Of a stretch of DNA of 64,000 nucleotides, positions 57,409 to 64,000 are shown piece by piece. The stretch lies in IMG/VR virus record IMGVR_UViG_3300030330_005471; one strand, written 5' to 3'. Numbering within the stretch: position 1 is the first letter of the stretch; each line of letters starts with the position of its first letter. This DNA is from a virus (Duplodnaviria > Caudoviricetes). Under the pieces are notes generated by a model. It had not been told where the DNA came from. It ran no database searches and saw only the letters and a program-made list of their open reading frames with translations. The translations under genes and the position numbers were made by a program.

Positions 57409-57957
57409 ATGTTATTTTTTTTAAGTTTGCTTGGTTGTACACCAGATAAGGTGCCGGATAGTGGTGCTAAGGTTGTAGTCGAAGAGCCCAACCCAATACA
57501 TTGGGAAGAATGTTCGTATAAAGAAAATGAACACATCTGTGACTTTACTTATGCAAATGTTTTAGATACAACAACAACTCTGTATGATTATTACGGACAA
57601 ATTGTTGTTATTGAATATTTTGTTGAATGGTGTAACTATTGTCGAGTGGCTGCTGAACAGTCAGAAAGTTACATTGATGAAGATGTTGTTTTTCTTTCTG
57701 TGATGTTAGAGAATCAATATGGGATCACTCCAAACCAAGAAGACATTGAGCGATGGGCTAGTGCTTTTAGACTTCCTGAAGATAAGGTTTTACGAGCTGG
57801 AACTTATATATTGGACGGCAATGCTGAAGATGGACCTGACATTACTGGTCTTCCGGGTTTTATCATCGTTGATGAGGACATGGTTATTAAATATAAGATT
57901 CGTGGGTGGTCTCTGCAATTAATGCAACAAACTATTGCCGAACTAAAATCTGACTAA
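57409..57957 (+). CDS. Thioredoxin-fold (TlpA-like) lipoprotein
   Basis: MLFFLSLLGC; LYDYYGQIVVIEYFVEWCNYC; GLPGFIIVD. Confidence 0.82.
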   Translation: MLFFLSLLGCTPDKVPDSGAKVVVEEPNPIHWEECSYKENEHICDFTYANVLDTTTTLYDYYGQIVVIEYFVEWCNYCRVAAEQSESYIDEDVVFLSVMLENQYGITPNQEDIERWASAFRLPEDKVLRAGTYILDGNAEDGPDITGLPGFIIVDEDMVIKYKIRGWSLQLMQQTIAELKSD

Positions 57958-57980
57958 TAGTTACTCTTGGAGGGGTTGCT

Positions 57981-58958
57981 ATGTTTGTATTATTATTTTT
58001 TATTCTTGGGTGTTTTTCGGATCACGGGTTGACACACGAAGTTATCAAGGAGGTGGAAGTAGTAGTTTACGACACAGCATATGTAGAAGTCGAGGTTGAA
58101 GTTGAAGTAGAAGTCGAGGTTGAAGTTGAGGTCGAGGTTCCTGAGCAGTATCCTCTCTGGGTACAGTCTGTAGAACAGCCGAAATTGGCCAATGGTATTG
58201 ATATTCTTTGGGTAGTAGACCCTTCGGGCTCCATGACAAATGATATGCCCAGAGTAGCCGATGGAGTGGCTCAAATGATGGCAGCTTTGCCAACCAATGT
58301 CTTTTGGAGATTGGAGATATTATCAACAGATTATGTTGCTGCAATGAATATGAGCTCTTTTCCTTTGCTGCCCGGCGATTCAGATTTGGATGCTCAAAAC
58401 CAAATGAATAATAATGTATCAGGCCATCGAGAAGGTGGACTTGAATCTGTTAAATATTTTATGTCTCAGAACATTGATGCTTATCAGTGGTTAAGAAGTG
58501 ACGCTGCTTTGCTAATTGTTTTTGTGTCCGATGAAGACGACAGAAGTACTGGTTTTGACGCAGGAGCTTTTATTGATTGGATAAAGTTGAGAAGAGAGAT
58601 TGTATATGTAACTGCTATCGTCAATCAAGATGTTGCAATTAGTGAATGCCCCGGACAGTTTAGTGCATTAAATGATGTAGGAAACGAATATATGGATGTT
58701 GCAAATTATTTTGGTGGAATTATCATTGACATCTGTTCCAATGATTGGACAGCTGGTGTAGCTCAAGCATCGAATCAGTTGCAATTGGTTGAGGAAATAA
58801 AGCTCGATCACCTTCCTGTCTCTGAACAACATATTGAAGTTTTTGTTGATGGGGCGATTTGGACAGACTGGACTTATGACATTGCAACCAATATTGTAAC
58901 CTTTACAGTCATCCCACCAGAAGAATCTCTTATAGAAGTTGTGTACAATTACCAATAG
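57981..58958 (+). CDS. VWA-domain lipoprotein with (EV)n stalk
   Basis: MFVLLFFILGC; DILWVVDPSGSM; EGGL; LRSDAALLIVFVSDEDD. Confidence 0.85.
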   Translation: MFVLLFFILGCFSDHGLTHEVIKEVEVVVYDTAYVEVEVEVEVEVEVEVEVEVPEQYPLWVQSVEQPKLANGIDILWVVDPSGSMTNDMPRVADGVAQMMAALPTNVFWRLEILSTDYVAAMNMSSFPLLPGDSDLDAQNQMNNNVSGHREGGLESVKYFMSQNIDAYQWLRSDAALLIVFVSDEDDRSTGFDAGAFIDWIKLRREIVYVTAIVNQDVAISECPGQFSALNDVGNEYMDVANYFGGIIIDICSNDWTAGVAQASNQLQLVEEIKLDHLPVSEQHIEVFVDGAIWTDWTYDIATNIVTFTVIPPEESLIEVVYNYQ

Positions 58959-58989
58959 AATATACTATTTATTCCAGAGGAATATTTGT

Positions 58990-61440
58990 ATGAAAATAAG
59001 AATAATAAAAGAAGGCTCTTTTACAGATGCTCTCGACCAAATGATAGGTTCGGATTTAGATAGTGTTTCTGGTGAAGAAAGTACGCTACCACCACAGGGT
59101 GCAAAAAAAAGAAAGCCACCACCTCGGGGAATGCAAACAAAGAAAAGATATGAACTCATACTCGAGAAAAGAGGTTACAATATTGAAAACATAGTTGAAC
59201 TTGGAAGCGGGATGTACGGCAGTGTTTTTAAGGTAATAAGCCCTGAAGGTGATGAGGTTGCTGTCAAGGTAATGCATGAAGGTGGTATTGGTGATATGGC
59301 TCTCAACCAAGAGATGTCAAATTATAGAACGGTTCAAGGAGCCAGAGAACAAAGCGAACTTGTGGCAAAACATTTTCCGGAAGTTTTTGACATGTTCAAA
59401 GAAGATCGATATGGTTTTATTGTTATGGAACTTCTAACCAACAAGGGCGGAAGAATGAGTCTTGTACAAGATATCTTTCAAGGACGAGAAGGATTGGTTG
59501 CTCCCACAGGAGACACTATTGAGCAAGGAGTTTATAAAAACATTAGAAGAAGAATGTATACATACCTCACGAACGACAGAGCAAGAAATAAGATTATCTC
59601 TACCCTTTTGGATGGAGTAGCTGAAAGTATTGTGGAAAGAGTTCAGCAAGAATTGTCTAGCTTACCCTTCCTGCAGATACCTGCTTTCGAAGCTGGTAAG
59701 GATGATGAACTTTACTTTAAGATTCTCAACAGGATGAATGAAGCATTCTTGTATACAGCTAGGGATGCGTTCCTTGATGGCTTTGGAGAACTAAAAAAAG
59801 AGTACCTAACAAACCCCGGTCTCTTAGTTTTTATTATTAAAGTTATGGAGATACTCAAAGAAGAAAGCATGATGGATTATTATCAAAGAAATGTTGGTAT
59901 TGCAATGGCATGGACTGACTTTCTTCGTAAAGGTTCGGCAATCGGTGTTCATAACCGTCCAGAAATGGCCAGAATGGACCGTGGAGGGGCTCCGGCAGAA
60001 GTAGGTGATGCAATAGGGGAGGCAGCTTCTATACGTGAAGCCATTGAGGAGCTAGAGCGTTTAACAGGACTTGCCGGTAGAGATATGCATGAAGGCAATG
60101 TTATGATACGTGAGTACACTGGTGATATTGTCATTGTTGATCTCGGATTATTTAAGCCTCGCTCTGAAGTTGTTGAGGAAAGAAAAAAGAAACGCAAAAA
60201 GCGTCGCAAAAAAAGAAGAAGCCCAAGACGTGCGGTCTATTGGGGTGGATACGGATACTATGACCATAGCGACTCTGGTGGAGACTTTGGTGGTGATGGT
60301 GGCGGTGGAGATGGTAAACGTGATGATGATAAGGAGAATGTTATGAAAAAAACCATTAAAGTAAAAGTTTTAAAAGAAAGGTGTGAAAAAGGATACAAAA
60401 CACACCCAACACAAAAGACAAAAGAAATGTATGGCAAGACATATAGAAACTGTGTTAAAGCAGATGAAGGTCAAATAAACGAAGAAGAAGTGGAAGAAGG
60501 AAAAATTTGCGATGCTGGTATCAGTTATGTTATTCGTACCGACCCCGGTGGCAAAGACATCAAGCGTGGAAAAGATACTGATGGAGATGGAAAGGGTGAA
60601 TTGAAAAATTGGTCAGCAAGGGCTGCTCAGATTGCATCTAAATATTGTAAAGACCCTGATTATGGTAAGGGACGCGGAAAAGATGCAAAAAATGAAGAAT
60701 TATCACCTGAAGATGAACAAGAACTGAAGGATATTGAATCAGAACTTGCAAAAGCGTCCAAGATGCACAAAAGTCAGAAGGTAAGAATTAAAAAAATTAG
60801 ACAAAAGCTTGACGAACGAAAGAAAAATTGTGGCTGTGGTCAAGATCCTTGTAAAACTTATGGAATTCAAGAAAAAAAAGACGGAGGTCTAAAAGATTGG
60901 GAAGAAGAAGATTGGACTCACTCCGATGGCAGTCCTTGTGGGGAACCAAAAGATGGTGGCGACGGTTCAGATAGTCGCTGTAAGCCATCCGCTAAATGGA
61001 AAACAATGTCATCAGCAGAAAAAGCAGCAGACAATAGGAAGAAAGCTGCTGGTACTAAAAAAGGCAAGCAATATGTAAAGTCAAATCATCCTGTTACTAA
61101 AGCTCACACCAAAAGAAATGAGAATTTAACTGAAGAAAAACACAAAACTGTTAAAATTAAGGTCAAGCAAGAACTTGATGAAAAGAAAAAGAAAAGAAAA
61201 AAGAAGCCTTGTAAGAAAGCAAAGGGTAAAAGATACGTCAAACGCGTAAATGGCAAGTGCAGATCTTACGGTCAAGCAGGAAAAGCCAAGGGAGGCGGTG
61301 ATAGGATTCGCCCCGGAACTAAAAAAGGTGATGCTTATTGCGCTCGATCAGCTAAAATCAAAAAATGTAAGAATCCACCATGTGCAAACGACCTTTCTAG
61401 AAAGAAATGGAAGTGCCGTGGCTCCAAATCTATGAAGTAG
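58990..61440 (+). CDS. Protein-kinase-fold domain fused to a string of basic/Cys-containing modules
   Basis: LGSGMYGSVF, VAVK, MELL, RDMHEGNVM, VDLGL; Lys/Arg-rich C-half. Confidence 0.8.
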   Translation: MKIRIIKEGSFTDALDQMIGSDLDSVSGEESTLPPQGAKKRKPPPRGMQTKKRYELILEKRGYNIENIVELGSGMYGSVFKVISPEGDEVAVKVMHEGGIGDMALNQEMSNYRTVQGAREQSELVAKHFPEVFDMFKEDRYGFIVMELLTNKGGRMSLVQDIFQGREGLVAPTGDTIEQGVYKNIRRRMYTYLTNDRARNKIISTLLDGVAESIVERVQQELSSLPFLQIPAFEAGKDDELYFKILNRMNEAFLYTARDAFLDGFGELKKEYLTNPGLLVFIIKVMEILKEESMMDYYQRNVGIAMAWTDFLRKGSAIGVHNRPEMARMDRGGAPAEVGDAIGEAASIREAIEELERLTGLAGRDMHEGNVMIREYTGDIVIVDLGLFKPRSEVVEERKKKRKKRRKKRRSPRRAVYWGGYGYYDHSDSGGDFGGDGGGGDGKRDDDKENVMKKTIKVKVLKERCEKGYKTHPTQKTKEMYGKTYRNCVKADEGQINEEEVEEGKICDAGISYVIRTDPGGKDIKRGKDTDGDGKGELKNWSARAAQIASKYCKDPDYGKGRGKDAKNEELSPEDEQELKDIESELAKASKMHKSQKVRIKKIRQKLDERKKNCGCGQDPCKTYGIQEKKDGGLKDWEEEDWTHSDGSPCGEPKDGGDGSDSRCKPSAKWKTMSSAEKAADNRKKAAGTKKGKQYVKSNHPVTKAHTKRNENLTEEKHKTVKIKVKQELDEKKKKRKKKPCKKAKGKRYVKRVNGKCRSYGQAGKAKGGGDRIRPGTKKGDAYCARSAKIKKCKNPPCANDLSRKKWKCRGSKSMK

Positions 61441-61501
61441 TACTGGTTATTTAACCGCTTTTGGCACTACTTACTATGTAAAGCATCGGAGGCACTATGA
61501 A

Positions 61502-61765
61502 ATGGAGATTTTACTTGAATCATTAGCACAATATGGACCACTTGGTCTGTGGACTGCATCATTATTATACGCAAATTATCAAACTCGTAAAGACGCAAAG
61601 GAAGAAGAACGACTTTTGCAAGACAAAGTTATAGATAAGCTGCATAAACAACATGCAATGTTAGAAAAAGCTCTAGAAAAGTTAGATGCTGGTCTTATAA
61701 CTATGCGTGAAAAATATGCTGAAGAAAGATTAAGAAATTTACAGAATAATAACAATAATAATTGA
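61502..61765 (+). CDS. Holin-like protein (N-terminal TM plus coiled coil)
   Basis: LAQYGPLGLWTASLL then charged helix; CTACTTA at 61467. Confidence 0.5.
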   Translation: MEILLESLAQYGPLGLWTASLLYANYQTRKDAKEEERLLQDKVIDKLHKQHAMLEKALEKLDAGLITMREKYAEERLRNLQNNNNNN

Positions 61766-61920
61766 TTAATTCTAAATTAATAATCATGTATATATTATAA
61801 CCTTAATTAAAAGAAAATATATAAAAGAAAAAACTTTCATAAATCATTTGACAAACCCTCCCAAGTATGTTATATTGTAATTGTTACAGTGGAATGAAAC
61901 AAAAAACTATTTATAATAAT

Positions 61921-61949
61921 ATTATAACATGATTTAAGGAGGTTGTCAA
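61921..61949 (-). promoter_or_regulatory. Minus-strand consensus sigma70 promoter
   Basis: Reverse complement reads TTGACA-N17-TATAAT with TG extension. Confidence 0.7.
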
Positions 61950-63341
61950 GTGAAATATAAAAAAATATCTTTTGATTGGGACAATACAATAGCTATGAGC
62001 TATATGATTGACTCTGAAGAAGACTCAGAGTTACCAATTTATAACTTTCAGGGCTACAATATAGACATTATTGAGAAAATTAAAGAATATCATTCTCAAG
62101 GAGTTGAATTGTACATCGTTACTTCAAGAAAAAGGTCTCTTGAAGAGTATTATCCTGAAGATTCAGTGGAATTTCAACTAAAAAGGTTAAAATTAGACCA
62201 CATCTTCCCCTCAGTAAGGGTTCACTATACCGAAGGAGACTTAAAAGCAAAAACTTTGAGGCAATTGGGCATAGAATTACACCATGATGACAGCATGGAA
62301 GAGATATTAGAGTGTCAAAGGTACGGAATTGAAGTACTTTCTTCTCTTAAAAGCTATAAAGACTCAAATATTGTCACTAAAGGTATCATTACAGACATTC
62401 ATAACAGTATTTTGTTACTTAGAAGAACAGATGAAGGTACTAAATGGGACATTCCGGGTGGTCATATCAAAAATATTGAGGTTGAACGCGGTCTAAAAGG
62501 TATTGCTGATGGTTATGAGCGTGAAGTAGCCGAGGAAACTGGCTTAATTGTACCTCAATCGAGGTTAATTCATCAATATACTCACACTTGGAAGGGTGAA
62601 GACATGGATATGCACATATTATGGACAGATTATGCCGTAGAAGAACCACCAGTTGACCTATTTGTACAAGATTTTCAAGAAAATTCGGAGTTTGTATGGG
62701 CTCAAGAGGAAGATTTGCACATATATATGGCAAATATGACTGAAGTAGCCTCAATTGCTATACAATTTTACCTTGATAATACAGATAATCCCGAAATTAT
62801 GGAAGGAAAATACCTTCCATCACAGTCTCAGTCGTGGGCTAAGATGAAAAAGAAGCTAACAGAGATAAAAAAACCACAAATTACAAACGTTTCCGAAGAA
62901 AGGGAACGAAAAAAAAAAGAATTAAGGTTAAAATTATCAAAAATATTAGCAAAAACTACTAAAAGTTCCTCAAAAGGTAAGCGAGGTGGCAATATATTGG
63001 ACATTTTAAACGATATGGATAGCATATTAAAGGGCAATCCAATGATAAATGCCTCTCAAGAAGAGAAAGATTTGTATTTTGCGGAAACATTGAGTAAATT
63101 CATGAAGGATTCGAATGGAAATCCGTTTGAACAAGTCAAAATTAAGGGCGAAGGGTATGGTTATTACTACTCAATGAGCGATAAGAAGACAATTTTGGTC
63201 CCAAGAGCTGGAGAATACTACTTAATCTCCAATAAAGCTGACCACAAAGGCCGATTAAGGTTGTATTCTCACTATAAATTCACCACAGGGATAGTTATTT
63301 TGGTTCCGGAAGACGAAATTGAAAGAATTGGGTGGAATTGA
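61950..63341 (+). CDS. HAD-like phosphatase plus NUDIX hydrolase fusion, with a probably separate C-terminal gene joined at an A10 run
   Basis: SFDWDNT, IVTSR, HHDD; WDIPGG...EREVAEETGL. Confidence 0.8.
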   Translation: MKYKKISFDWDNTIAMSYMIDSEEDSELPIYNFQGYNIDIIEKIKEYHSQGVELYIVTSRKRSLEEYYPEDSVEFQLKRLKLDHIFPSVRVHYTEGDLKAKTLRQLGIELHHDDSMEEILECQRYGIEVLSSLKSYKDSNIVTKGIITDIHNSILLLRRTDEGTKWDIPGGHIKNIEVERGLKGIADGYEREVAEETGLIVPQSRLIHQYTHTWKGEDMDMHILWTDYAVEEPPVDLFVQDFQENSEFVWAQEEDLHIYMANMTEVASIAIQFYLDNTDNPEIMEGKYLPSQSQSWAKMKKKLTEIKKPQITNVSEERERKKKELRLKLSKILAKTTKSSSKGKRGGNILDILNDMDSILKGNPMINASQEEKDLYFAETLSKFMKDSNGNPFEQVKIKGEGYGYYYSMSDKKTILVPRAGEYYLISNKADHKGRLRLYSHYKFTTGIVILVPEDEIERIGWN

Positions 63342-63472
63342 TGACCGAATTTGTTGAAAAATGGCTTATTTTTCTGTTATCTGTGGTCTTTTTTATGATA
63401 ATTTACTATTTTAGTGGGTTCGAGGTCACAATCATCCTGATTTTACTAGTTATTTTGAACAAAATGAGGTAA
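63341..63472 (+). CDS. 43-aa membrane peptide
   Basis: TGATG coupling; hydrophobic. Confidence 0.5.
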   Translation: MTEFVEKWLIFLLSVVFFMIIYYFSGFEVTIILILLVILNKMR

Positions 63473-63479
63473 TTTGCAC

Positions 63480-63866
63480 ATGAAAATCACAAAAAATAAG
63501 CTATTAGAGTTAATTCAAGAGGAATTTGCCCTTGTAAAAGCCGAGGATACCCCTCAAAATAACCCAATTTCGGCCCCAAATAACCCTTATTTCGACTATC
63601 CTGACGAGGAAGGAAAGATGGCAAAACGCCAATTAGAGCAGTTATCTGACTATTCTAACGAACTTTTGGGTATGTTGAATGACAATGAACAGCTTGAATC
63701 TTGGGTTCAAAGTAAGATTACCAAGGCTGTTGACTATATTTCGACTGTAAAGCATTATTTAGAGTACGAAATGGGTATGGGTAATGAAGAAAGTGGTGGT
63801 TGTGGCTCAAATCCTCACGATATGAGTGGAGAAAAGCTCCATATTTACGAAGAAGAAGAAACCTGA
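63480..63866 (+). CDS. Tagged protein MKITKNKLLELIQEE with EGKMAKRQL...WVQSKITKA domain
   Basis: Shared tag; GAGGT RBS; CTAGTTA at 63446. Confidence 0.8.
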   Translation: MKITKNKLLELIQEEFALVKAEDTPQNNPISAPNNPYFDYPDEEGKMAKRQLEQLSDYSNELLGMLNDNEQLESWVQSKITKAVDYISTVKHYLEYEMGMGNEESGGCGSNPHDMSGEKLHIYEEEET

Positions 63867-63908
63867 CCTGATAAAATGTAGATCGGTCGATTTACAATAG
63901 GATAAATA

Positions 63909-64000
63909 ATGACTCTGGGACAAACGTATCTAGATAAATTTAAAATTGGAGATTATGTTCATTGGAGAACAATAATTAGAGATTCAAATTACGATGAATA
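63909..64000 (+). CDS. GDxV-family protein, truncated by window end
   Basis: MTLGQTYLDKFKIGDYVHW. Confidence 0.55.
   Translation, partial: MTLGQTYLDKFKIGDYVHWRTIIRDSNYDE

Noticed and set aside
58083-58140. GAAGT(A/C/T)GAGGTT tandem repeat
   Set aside because: Simply encodes the (EV)n low-complexity stalk of the VWA lipoprotein.
612-63037. The many short minus-strand ORFs in the track
   Set aside because: They lie antisense to well-supported genes and lack RBS or motifs; only 32622-33563 is credible.
1-64000. Stop-codon reassignment, tRNA or rRNA genes
   Set aside because: Known genes are full length and end in TAA, TAG and TGA; no cloverleaf or rRNA-like segment was recognised by eye.

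Overview
This is a 64-kb segment of a large lytic dsDNA phage genome (jumbo-phage-like, standard genetic code). All but one credible gene is on the + strand, and I found no tRNA, rRNA, CRISPR array, integrase or transposase. It has three zones. (1) 1-35 kb holds replication, nucleotide metabolism and proteostasis genes: UvsE, 5'-3' exonuclease, DnaB-like helicase, class II RNR, ThyX, adenosine deaminase, DnaE, a nuclease+MTase pair, dUTPase, ClpS, ClpP, GroEL/GroES-like, a J-protein and an amidase. Near-consensus TTGACA-N16/17-TATAAT promoters are scattered through this zone. (2) 35-55 kb is an early/accessory zone of about 65 mostly tiny genes. It has about 27 copies of a promoter carrying a GG(A/T)CA-N5-TG(T/A)CC palindrome, and a tandem array of about 24 paralogous 'M(R/Q)(V/I)G(D/S/T)LV...LEV(L/I)CE' minigenes chained by a conserved dual-coding junction. 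It is punctuated by 17-bp TTAATTGACATTTCGAT repeats and, by manual scan, has no CCGG across about 21 kb. (3) 55-64 kb holds probable late/virion-cargo genes sharing an N-terminal MK(L/I)TxxxLxxIIxEE tag and a CTAnTTA upstream motif, including a kinase-plus-basic-peptide polyprotein. All family assignments come from motif recognition by eye; no database search was run.
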